DNA from: Selaginella moellendorffii
Lineage: Eukaryota; Plantae; Lycopodiophyta
Length of the DNA stretch: 48,006 nt
Assembly (NCBI RefSeq): GCF_000143415.4
Contig: NW_003314305.1
Span: 976,531-1,024,536, forward strand
Reading direction: 5' to 3'
Shown one piece after another: positions 1-11,815 of the stretch. Under the pieces are notes generated by a model. It was not told the DNA's origin. It did not search any database and saw nothing but the letters and a program-made list of their open reading frames with translations. A program made the translations under genes and the position numbers. Within the stretch, counting starts at the first letter, position 1, and the number at the start of each line of letters is the position of its first letter.

Positions 1-2095
1 ATCATTCATAATCCATCTATAGCAAAACATAATCACTTCATACAAATCCATCATGATTATATATCTCAAATGCAAATCTAATAGAATCCAATCAGTCTAA
101 TATCAATCACTAACTTTTCCTCTTGCAAGCTAGTATAGAAGAAAAGCCAAAGCTCAACCTCTATAAAAAAATCTCACCTAGAACACAATTAATTCAAATT
201 TGCCACTCAGTTTGTTTTGAATGCCAATACAATTGATAATTAGCAAATGCATAAATACCAACGACATAAAGCTATAACAAATCATCAAAGCTATCTACAT
301 TAAGACTAATGAAACTCAACATTAATCCTATAAAAAGACCTTTCATCTCACTCTAATCTCAACATCAATAATGTTAATAACATAACATCACTTCAATGTC
401 ATTAATATTAGAATAAAACCAAAAAAAAGTAAAAGTGAATCACCACTCAACACTTTTTAGCAACTAAACTAACCAAAGTCCAAAATACCTTAGTATCCAA
501 GACTAATCTTTTAACTAATTAGCTATAGATAACACATTATCAAAGAGTGATTCACCACATCTAAGACTCAATGAAATTTAACACTATGGACTAAATACAA
601 CTAAGTAATATTGATAAAAATATAATTAACATGCTAACATGGAAAAACTATGTAATTTTAATGACATAATTCTCCGCAACACCATCTGATAAAGCAAACA
701 TATCATTGCTAAATCACCATTGAGCGAAGCAAGTGTCAAAAGTCCTCGATGAAATCTACAATCAATCATTAATCTTACAACAACCAACAAACACTCTTCA
801 ACTTGCCTTCATAAAACCTAAACACTAAACTCATGTCATCGAGTCATTTACTTATTTAATATGAAAGTAACACCCTAAGTACAAAATATAGGAATATGGA
901 CACGCACAGACTAAATAATTACTTGAATTCAATCATACAGCAATAAACCCACTAGCACATATAGCCAATAGCTTTGAACGTAACTGAAAAAGGCTAGTTA
1001 TACATGATTAACTCTTAGCCTATGAGATGAATTTATATTTAAGTAGTATGTGATACAAGATTGTATTGTATAGGTACATAATTTTATAATAGACAAAGTT
1101 ATAATATAGGTACTAACACCTCAATTGCAAACAACTAAGTTATACATTACCATCCTTAACTAAAGTGTAAAGCTACCAAGACTAAGTCAAAGAGCTCACT
1201 ACTCTTATAGTGTCTAAAGAAATCCAAAGTGCAACTTACCATCAAACATAACATTACAAAAGAAAAGCACAAAGATCACCTTTCTAGAAAAGTGTAATAA
1301 CCATTTTTTTACACCATCTCCAAACTTTATCCAACTTAATTGCTTTAGCCTTAAAAAGTTACCATTCCTTCCAAGTTGCATCATACAACTACCTACTAAA
1401 GTTTATAATATAGATAAGCTCATGCTACTCTTTTTTCGACCAAACTCAAAACTAATCTAACACCAAATTATTCAAGGAACAATAGCAACATTCTTCAAAA
1501 AAGAAATAAGCATTGCAACCTAAGTTTTTCCATAGCAAACCTTTCAATAACAAGTGTTTGCATTACCTTTAGTCTAATCTAAATTTTTTTTATGAGAGAG
1601 CATGACAATAACTACATAAATCAACAAACTAATCCCTACAATCTTGATTGACCAACTTATAGTCATGTTTAGGAAGGATCCATTAGTGCTATGCTAAATA
1701 ACTATGGACCAGCCTATTCGCCACTCTTTGCAAACTTATGAAAGGTTTCCTGTTTACCCATGATAACATGGAATAACTTATGGTCATTATTGACAAGTTA
1801 ATATTAATCCTACCAACTCAAAGTTCTAACAAGTTGCTAATGTGTTTCACACACAAGCCCAAATGCAAACTTGTACAAATAGAACACCTCAAATCCATCT
1901 TATGGGCCTAAATAAAAGCTTATATAATAAAGTACAAAAAGGTAACCAAAATCTATACTCAAGGGATGTATGCAAAGTCATAGCAACCAAATATATACCC
2001 ACTCGGATCATTGTTTGCATCTTTGCATATGCAATGAGACTATTTGCTTAATCTCATTGAATAGTACTTATTAAAACTCATTTTTTGATGTTAAA
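1..2095 (-). mobile_element. Family A internal region (older, internally deleted copy; runs off window start)
   Basis: Reverse complement aligns with the internal region of the complete A element: 2095-1560 with 19625-20165, 1545-1400 with 20400-20535, and 1400-1 with about 21540-22970. It adjoins an A LTR end at 2096 through a G-to-A-decayed PBS. Confidence 0.85.
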
Positions 2096-2795
2096 TGTAG
2101 TGCACATGGTTTTTACCCTTTACTCTATAATGATTTACTATAGAATAGCCATAGAGTAGAACATAAACCTTTGGACACGTGGGCCAAGTATAGTAGAGTA
2201 GAACCCAAGTTCAAGGCCTTGGGCCATTTAATGAAGATATAGAGCCAAACTCTTGAACATATAACTAAAGAGCAAAAGAAAATTGGATTATGGAACAATT
2301 CCCAAGTATACAACTTTAGAAGTGAAGGGATAGGAGCACAAAGTGACTTTTGAACATATAACCCAAGGAGGAAAGGGACAGGAGCATAGAGCAATATTAG
2401 AGCAATCTTATCATTTCTAGCATCTTAATGTTGGGACTAATATGCAAAATAGATTTAAATGGAGTTTGANNNNNNNNNNNNNNNNNNNNNNNNNNNNNNN
2501 NNNNNNNNNNNNNNNNNNNNNNNNNNNNNNNNNNNNNNNNNNNNNNNNNNNNNNNNNNNNNNNNNNNNNAATAGATTAAAATGGAAGTTTGACACTATTT
2601 TAGTATACTAGTGGCTTAACATGAGGATATAGGTACTCTACCAGCTCATATAGTATGGAGTTTGAGCTTAAGCTTGGACTCAAGCCAAATGCAAAATAAG
2701 GATAAGCATACAAGTGAGAGTTATACTATGCCTTAGGTTAGTCAACCATGCCTAACCTACTCACTATCCCTATAGCCCTACCCCCCCACCCCATT
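2096..2795 (-). mobile_element. Family A 5' LTR, partial (3' half), spanning a 100-N gap
   Basis: Starts TGTAGTGCACATGG, the reverse complement of the A LTR end CCACATGCGCTACA. Homology continues to the poly-C tract near 2780-2792. Confidence 0.85.
2470..2569. other. Assembly gap (100 N) with duplicated flanks
   Basis: Exactly 100 N. AATAGATTTAAATGGAGTTTGA precedes it and AATAGATTAAAATGGAAGTTTGA follows it, suggesting overlapping contig ends. Confidence 0.9.
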
Positions 2796-2829
2796 GTTGA
2801 CAAATAACTTTTGATATCTACAATCACAT

Positions 2830-3420
2830 TCACGATATCATAAAAGGTGACTATGGTGGAGAATTGGCCTATATTAACTTTAGTGGTTGAGCTATGTAAT
2901 TTCCTTGGTATGGCTAGTTACTACCAATGTTTCCAACACAAGTTTATGGAGGTGGCTATTTCTTTGACATGGTTGTTATATAAGAATGTGCCACTCAAGT
3001 GGAACCAATCACAAAAGGACAATTTTATAGCATTGAAATGGTTGTTGAGTAAGGTTTTAATGCTTCACATTGCTGATCCATCAAAATCTTACAAAATGAT
3101 GTGTGATTTGAGTGGTTATGCATTGAGGGGAGTTCTTATGCAAGAGGAGCAACCTCTTGTATGTGGGAGCTAGACTTTGAATACTGTAGAGCAATGATAT
3201 TCCATGAATAAGTAAGAGTTACTCTCTATTATTCATGCTTTGCAAACGTGAAGGCACTATCTTTATGGTGCAGTGTTCATAGTGTTGTCTTATCATAAGT
3301 CTTTTATGTATCTATTCATATAGAAAGAGTTGAATACTAAATAAGCTCTCTAGATGATCAAACTTATGGAGTTTAGAGAGTTTCCTATTAAGCATCATCT
3401 AGGGAAATCAATGTGGTGGG
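2830..3420 (+). pseudogene. Ty3/gypsy pol fragment (RT connection + RNase H), multiple stops
   Basis: ORF 2847-3173 reads FLGMASYYQCF...LKWNQSQ...MMCDLSGYALRGVLMQ. It continues through stops as ELLSIIHALQT*RHYLYG...YHKS, matching the gypsy RNase H motifs FLGLAGYYRRF, TDAS..A.G.VLMQ and ELLA..AL..WRHYL. Confidence 0.9.
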
Positions 3421-6400
3421 AAGCTTAAGGGGCATGGATTTAGGATAAGGAACTTAACCTACCCTAAGAGTTCATAATGAAGTGGCAGTATAGTGGAACT
3501 TTTGAGGTATCTTAGGGGTGATTAAATGGTGAGGAACCTCAAGAGGAGTATAGCATAATCTAAAGAGGCTAGATCTTTTTGTCTTTTAGCACTAATCAAA
3601 ATAGCACTAGACACAAATTTTTATATATGTGTAAATGACTAAATTTTCCATTCTATTTTAATCACTTTACCACACATTTGACCACTTGGAAGAGTCACAC
3701 TCACCACCTCTATAAGTCCTATTCTTGACTTGGGGATATATTAGCCTTATAAATGACATCTATGCCATTTAGTCTTTGCACTTGGTCTAAGTGCTCCATA
3801 TATCCAATCCCATTATAGACACCCCAAAAGTATTACTAATATATCAACCCATTACACTAAAGCTATGTCCATTTACTTTTGTCTCATTGATAGTCCAAAA
3901 CCGTTCATACTATAATCTTGTTTCTCAAAGACTAGGCCCTCTGTCCATAAGTGGTCATCCCTCCTTAAGATGCCCAAAAACATAAAGAACACCCTTTTCT
4001 AATGTTCTTTCTTCAGTCTCTACTAAGTCCCTCTCCATCCACAGTCATGCTTGCTAACACTGTCATTGGGTTAAAGTATGAAAGCCTGACCACTAAGTCC
4101 CACTGACCTTTATGGCTTCTTCACCACATGACCATGCCTTTGGTAACTATGTAAAAGGATTATTCTTCTTCCTTTCCATATTTGGGGATTTTGAATATTT
4201 CAAAACACCATAGCCCTATATGAGCTTTATGGGTACTTTCCCCATCTTTTGCCCTTAGATGGCTTAGCTATATAGCTAGAGTGAGGTTTTGATGAGCCAC
4301 ATTATATATCTAAATAAGTAGTGCCACCCACACCTGGATTGGGAATATTAACTATTCGATCTCCTAGGGGAGTTAGAGCTGACTCTTGAACACTTCACCA
4401 AGTTAACTCCCCGAGGTGTTATAGGCTAAAGGATCCCCAAAAACACGACCAAAATAATAAAGAGTTCATTGGATGAGATTGAGTCTGAGATTGACCGAAA
4501 GTGAGTTCAAGACCGAGTGCGAGACCGAGTTTGAAACCAAGTTTGAGACCAGGTTCAAGACCGAGTTCAAGATCTGAAATCGGGTTTGAGACTAAGTTCG
4601 AGATTGAGTTTGAGATAGAGTCTGAGGTCGGGTCTAAGATCGAGTCCAAGATTGAGTCCAAGACCGAGTCCGAGATTGAGTTCGAGATCGAGTCCGAGAT
4701 TAAGTCTGAATACAAATATAGGTTGTGGGGTGAAAGCCCAAAGCGTGTGTCTCCCACAGGGGGGTGGGGGGTGAGATATAGGGGGTTCCAAAAGTATAGT
4801 AGGGATAGTGAGGTCCAGAAATCAGTTTTGAAGGAATTTTCTGGTGGTGCTTCTAAACTAACTTGAGGTTGAGACTAGAGCTTAAGGGCTTTGGATGGGA
4901 ATGAGCATAGACACAAGTGGTGCTAGCGGGGTCACCCAAGGAAGTGCTCAAGAGCAACTCCCACTTCTGGAAGGGAAACCAACTACGATGCTTCTAGCTC
5001 ATGTAAAGTGGTGCCCCACTTAAGTACTTTGTGGTTCATTAGTCATTGCCCTTCTTAGGAGATTGGGCCTTCCCCTTTGGGATGGAAGTGGGGGAGTAGG
5101 GGTACCTATACCGGGCCATTAGGTTACGGTGTTTCCCCTCGGTGTCCTGAAGCAAATGTTGCACCCAAGGCTTGGTATTTAGAGGGTCCCATGATCAAAT
5201 CTTGTTGTACCAAGGGAAGTTAGAAATTTGGAAGCTTGGTGTGCTTGACTGCTTGTGCTTGTGGGAAGCGTAGTTGAACCTTAAATCTAATATAACCTAA
5301 GGAGGGGGATTGGGAGAGAATTTGGGAATTTGTGGATAGATGGCTAACACTTTATTGCTCATGTAGTGAGGTGCTAAAACCAAGTAGGACCAAGTAAGAG
5401 CTAGTACAATAGATAGGAACTTTGGCAAGGGAACTTAATTAAGGCCAAGGCCGTGTGTAGGCAATTAATTTTTCCATTCTACTTTAGTCACTTAACCACA
5501 CCTCCAACCACTTAGAGGAATCTCATTCCCAACCTCCATAAGTCCAATTCAGGACTTGGGACTTGCTAACCTCTATGCCATTCAACCTTTGCACTTAGTC
5601 TAAGTGCTCCACGTGTTTGGTCCTATGACTGACACCCCAAGGTACCACCGACATACCAGCCCATTATGCTAAAGCTATGCCCATTCACCTTGGTCACACT
5701 GGTGGTCCAACACCACCTGCATTACAGTCCCGTCTCTCAAAGACTAGACCATCTATCCATGAGTGACCATCCAAGATCCACTCCTTAGCATCCTTACGAT
5801 GCCTATAGATATGGGGAACAACTTTCCCCAATATCCCTTTTACAGTCCCCACCAAGTCCCTTTTCTGTCTAATCCCATTACTCATTCTTGAGTAATCTTA
5901 GTTCCCATTGATATATCCTTTGCACTTTGGAATTTTTAATTTTGATTTCTCAGAGTCAATTTCTTAAGTGTTTCCGACATTTTACATTGCACATTTTGTG
6001 CAACTCCATTTCCCCATCCTAGGAAGTTCTTTACTTAAGGGCACTATTATCCTTTTTTCTATTTTGTGCCATCTTTGGCACTAAATTATAGTTATCATAA
6101 TTTGTGATAAGGTTGTACATGGCCTTATCATTTGGCTACCTTACTGCTCCTTCCCTTGGAGCTTCCACTTTCACCAAATCGAAGCAATTAGGAAGCCATC
6201 CTTAGAAACACATTGCCTTACCACAATTTGTTAGCATCCAACACATTAGTGTTTTTAGCTTAACTTTGCTATTTGGGTTCTGTCCCATGATTCCCATGGC
6301 TCTTTTCTTAGTCACTAGTCTTTTGTTTTTATCCATTGATTGTTGCACCAAACAATATAGGATCACTACTTCCATCCTTAAGGTAATTTTTTGGTTCCAT

Positions 6401-7958
6401 GGCAAAAGCTCCACTTTGCTAAGTCTAGAGGGTGCTCACCCCTAGCAGATCTCTTTAGCATTTTCTATTATGGGCTCCATCCACGGCCTAACTTTGTGAC
6501 CCTCCCATAGATCTCTCCTAAAGACTACTTTCTTTGGACTCACTGTGCCATCGCATTGACATAGTTCATTTCTCTTAAATGTTCTTTCCACTTGGTCATC
6601 TTGACCAAGCCACACTATTATCATTTAGTTCAAATCAATACTTTAAACTAGGAACCTTATTCCTTACCCAAACAAGGACTATGTCCTTATTTAGCCACAA
6701 GATCACCTAGTGATCTCATCTTGGTAGCTTAATAGGTTTGCCAATAGGTACTAAGTCTTTTAAACCTTTAAGTTGTTGACCATAACCCCAGGGGCATCCC
6801 CCACACTTAGTGGTGCGCCCAAGCCAGCCCTTTTGGCCAAGGATCCATAGCAACTGAGACTGGGTGTCTACATCTCATTCACTATGTTCTTGGTGCCACT
6901 TGCACCAAAATGTTCAAGTTAGATATGCCGAGCTTCCACACTAAGCAATTTAACCATTTTGGGGCATCCCCTGCTTAGTGGTGTACCCAAGCTAGTCTCC
7001 TTACTAAGAGGTCATAACCACTGAAAAATGAGTGTCTTCAGATTCTAAACCATCACTTTGCCCTAGTGAGTTGAGACTCGAACCCAAGCACTAGAGGGTT
7101 GGGACTCGAACTCAACCTCTGTATATGCATCTACGGATAGCATCACATAGGATGCCTAGCGTGACTCCCTATGTTGGTGCACCAACTTATACTTAAAGCG
7201 TACTACAAATCATAGCTTAGGAACTTAGTTCCTCTGTACTGCCAAGTCCTCTCACTTGACATGTCTGTGATCATGCATGGATTTTTCTGTGCTTGGCCCC
7301 ATGGGCCACCCCTTTTGAAGTTAGCACCTTCAACTAGAGTATTTATTCCCTTGACTTGCCAATTTCACTTAGCAAGTCATCTGACCACCGTAACATGGTT
7401 CATGCATAAACATGAAAGTCCTTAACCATCGACTTTCACTCAAAGCCTTCTTTTTAAACACTCGGGAACTACTTCCTTAACCTTGATAGCCTCGCCTCAT
7501 AGCAAGCTTCAAGACCACACTTCTGCTGTGCCACTCTGATTTCGTGTGCTCTATGAACTATTTATATTGGGCTTTCTAAGTACTTATTTACCTAGAATTG
7601 TCTTTGGGAACCTTTAAAGAATTTTGTTCCTTACCTTGCTAAGGCCTCTCCTTTTTACAAGTTTTCTAATTATTATATGGTTTAACTTGGATAATTCCAT
7701 ATTTAGACTCTTCATGGCATCATGGTTGCTAATAACAAACCGCTCGAGCCCCCACTTGATTCTCCACTCCCAACTTGCATAACCACTCTTGGTTATGCTC
7801 TTCGATTCTTATAGTTTGATTCTATTCTTTTACTACTTGTTTTTTGGCCTCATATGTTTCCTTCAGTCATTCTCCTCCAGATTAGGACGATAACTTTGCA
7901 CTTTCTACCATGCCTTAGCAAATATTCATAGGGATGAACCTACCTGATAGCTTAGGGA

Positions 7959-8131
7959 TGTAAACTCCTTAGTTTGGACTTCCCAAGAGGTCACCCAAGG
8001 ACACTTAACCCCAAGTATCCCAAGACCCTTAACCAATTGGAAAAGGGGGTGCACTTTTGTTCATGGGCCCTTTCCCTCTATATTTGAACCCCATGGATCG
8101 TTTCTCAAATCGTTCCCTTTGGTTGTTTACA
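7959..8131 (-). mobile_element. Family E TRIM solo LTR
   Basis: TGTAA...TTACA, perfect TSD AGGGA. Matches the LTRs of the TRIM at 33877-34469. Confidence 0.92.
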
Positions 8132-10027
8132 AGGGAGTGGTTCTTCAATTTGGGTATGCTCACTTTGTAATCCCACACACCGGGATTAATATTGCTACTT
8201 ATGAGCCTTTATATGCCCATCACTAACTTTGCCAAAATCCCTTTTTAGTTTTGTCCAATTTGGATAGATGGATTTCTCCCATCTTCGCAACCTTGGACGT
8301 TTGAATAGCACCTTCTATCCATCATTCGCTAGAGATTTAGTCCCTTGGGCCTTATCTAATGCCCTCACAACACCAAACACCACTTCCTGGTATTTTAGAG
8401 TATTTAGTGTCCCAATGATGGCCTTCTTTGACAATAAGTATTCCTTTTACAACATTGACTTACTATATCGCAACATGAGCAATTTGTCCCCCATAAGGGT
8501 ATGTCTAACTTCTTTATCCCAATAAAAAGTCTTAGGTAGTTACCTTCTACCAGTTTAATCAATTATTTTGCACCTTTTGTTTAGTTGCCTCATAGTTTTC
8601 AAGTCCTATAACTCATTGCTGGTGCTTCCATGTCCATCATTATTTGGGTCACCACACTTTAACTGTATGCCTTCCAACTTAAGTTATGCCATTCCCATTT
8701 CCATTAGGATTCCTCTGGGAAAGGGTTCTCATGAACCTACCAACTTAACCTTATGGCATCACGCCTTGGCACATTCGGTGTCTTCACACCATTAGTTCCA
8801 TGAACCTACATTTATGACACTTCTTACTTGTGTTTAAGTCTTTGCTAAGACCAATACAGCTGTTTCTCATACCAACTATCCATTAGCATTGCACCATATA
8901 ATTTATACACAACTTTGTGTCAAAGTTGCTTTCTTCTGGGAACCTCTTTCCCATAACTTTAGTATAGCACATTCTGCCATCAATAAAATACCCATTGTTC
9001 TCATACTTGGATCTTATGATCCTCCCCATCCTTCGTGGGATACAACACACCTCAGTCCAAATGCTTCCACTAGTCCTTTAGGATCATTCCTTGACTCTAT
9101 TCGAGTTATTTAGTTTTTTAGACTTCACTAATTTGACGACCTATAAAGTCCCATTTTTGAGGTGTTTCCTCATTAGAATATAACTTCTTGTATTCATGTC
9201 CTACCTATAAGGATTATTCTTGCAAGTGTTACTTCGACACTTGATTATTCTTTGTTCCATATGAGCTACTTTTGCTCTTTAGGATTATTTGTCCATGTGA
9301 TGAGAATAGTAACTCATCTTCTAAATACACCCTCAATCCCTTGGGTTGTTCTAGCATTTATTAAGGGTAACCCCGACTACTATTTCAAGGACTTGTGTCT
9401 TCTTCCATATTTAACCTCCCACAGTCATTAATTCTAGTCTCAAATTCATAAGTATCAACCTCAACTATATGAAGATAATCTTGTGACTCCTTTATTGTAT
9501 TAGAGTCTCTATCTTTCCCGTGATCCTAACTATAGTTGTTTATCACAACTATATTAGCTAGTTTGCTAAATCAAACATTCATTTGAATCACATCCTCAAC
9601 TCTCTAAGAAAAACCTTATACTGTTCTCAAGATCCCAAAGTCGTTCCTTTATTGGTCTTTTTCTATCCACCACCTTGCCTATAAGTTCACACATGAACTG
9701 TAGTGGAGAGCCATGTCCTCCCAACCTACTACTCTTCAAGGATAAGCCCACTCTTTGGACTTTCCAATGCCAACACAAATGGTGATATACTTGAGCACCA
9801 ATAAAAGTCGAACTAAGGAATAGCTTCGATACCAAATTATAAACGATTAATTTTTCCATTCTACTTTAGTCACTTAACCACACCTCTGACCACTTGGAGG
9901 AATCTCATGCCCAACCTCCATAAGTCCAATTTAGGACTTAGGACTTGGTAGCCTCCATGCCACTCAACCTTTGCGCTTGGTCCAAGTGCTCCACGTGTCT
10001 GGTCCCATGACTAACACCCCAAGGTAT

Positions 10028-10812
10028 CCCGAGTCCGAGATCAAGTCTAAGACCAAGTCCGAGTACTAATATGGGTCAAGGGGTGAGGCTGCAGAGGGTT
10101 CCAAAAGTATAGTAGGGATAGTGAGGTCCAAGAACCAGTCTTGAAGGAACTCTCCAGTAGTGCTTCCAAACTGACTTGAGGTTGAGACTGGGGCTGAGGG
10201 GCCTTGGGTGGGAATGACCATAGACTCGGGTGGTGCTAGAGGGGCCACCCAAGGAAGTGCTCAAGAGCAACTCCCACTTCCAAAAGGGAAACCAATTGGC
10301 TCATGTGGAGTGATGCCCCACTTAAGTACCTTGTGGCTCATTGATCCTCGCCTTTCCTAGGGGCTTGGGCCTTCCCTTCGGGATAGAAGTAGGGGGGTAG
10401 AGGTACCCATACCGGGCCATTAGGCCACAGTGTTTCGCCCTGGTGTCTCGAAGCAAGTGTTGCACCCAAGGCTTGGGATTTAGAGGGTCCCATGATCAAG
10501 TCTTGTTGTACTAAGGGATGTTAAGAATCTAGAGGCTTGGTGTGCTTGGCTGCTTGTGCCTGCAGGGAGTGTAGCCGAACTTTAAGTCCAGTCTAACCTG
10601 GGGAGGGGGATTGAGAGAGATTTGGGAATCCGTGGATGGATGGCTAACGCTTTGTTACTCGTGCAGTGAGTAGCTGAAACCAAGTAAGACCAAGTAGTAG
10701 CTAGTGCAATAGGCGGGAACCTTGGCAAGGGAAATAAACAAAAGCCAAAGTAGTGTTGGTCGGATAGATGAAGTAAGTTGGCAAATTGGAAAGGAAAAAT
10801 TTATGGCTTATA
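10028..10812 (+). mobile_element. Family C LTR, 5'-truncated, inside the B 5' LTR
   Basis: Similar to 4680-5455 plus 11947-12003 and ends ...TTATGGCTTATA. A deletion removed its 5' end together with about 250 bp of host B LTR. Confidence 0.8.
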
Positions 10813-11653
10813 AAGGCCTATAGGGCTTAACCATTAAGTCCCATTGTCCTCTGGGACTTCCTCACCACATGACCGTATACTTGGTCACTACACTAAAGGA
10901 CCACTCCTCTTCCTTTCTATAGTCTGGGAGTTTGGGACAACATTTCGGAACACTATAGCCCTATGTGAGCTTTATGGGTACTCTCCCCACTTTCTGCCTT
11001 TGGGTGCTCTAGCTATAGGCTTAGAGCGAGATTCCGTTGAGCCACGCTAGGTATCCAAGTAAGTAGTGCCACCCACACTTGGACTAGGAGTATTGACCAT
11101 TCGATCTCTTGGGGGAACTAGAGCTAGCTTTTGAACACTTCACCAAGCTACCCTACTTATTAGTCCATATTCACTCTAACTTTGGACTTCCTAGTGGTTA
11201 TCTCATCACCCAATAACTGGGTATGGCCTTCTTGGGCCAAACTAGCCTTTCCTAGTTAAATTGGCTCCACTAGGGTCCAACCCCCACACTCTCCCTGCAG
11301 GCCCCCCTCCCCCCTCCCCCTTCCCCCCCCCCCCCCCTCCCCTTCCTTGGGGAACAATTGCTTTGGGCTTTCACCTAACAACCTGTATTAGTATTCGGAC
11401 TTGGACTCAGACTTGGACTCGGCCTCAGACTCGGACTCTCAAACTCGATCTTGGTCTCAGTCTCGGTCTCGGTTCCATCTCAGGCTCCATTTTGGGTCCA
11501 TCTCGGAGTCCATCTTGGACTTAATCTCGAGTCCATCTCGGACACTTCCACGTGTTATGTGTTAGTCCTCTTATGTCCTTGTTCTAGAGACTCACTTATT
11601 GCTCACTTCGTGCTTGTTCCTCGAGCACTTCATTAGGAGTTCCACTCCCGCTC

Positions 11654-11815
11654 TGTAGCGCATGTGATTATGGGATGAGATTTGGATATACTGTTACCGT
11701 GGATCTTTGGAACCTTAGGGGATAAATGGGGATAAAATAGCCACTAAGGGCTCTCTCATCAAGCAATTGCCCCTTTTCCAGTTGGCTTAAGGGGAGAGAG
11801 ATAAGGTGCGCTACA
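11654..11815 (+). mobile_element. Family D TRIM solo LTR (162 bp)
   Basis: 9-bp terminal inverted repeats TGTAGCGCA...TGCGCTACA, perfect TSD CGCTC. Matches the LTRs at 26181-26587. Confidence 0.93.

Noticed and set aside
2448-2592. Direct repeat flanking the first gap
   Set aside because: Most likely an assembly overlap artefact around a default 100-N gap.
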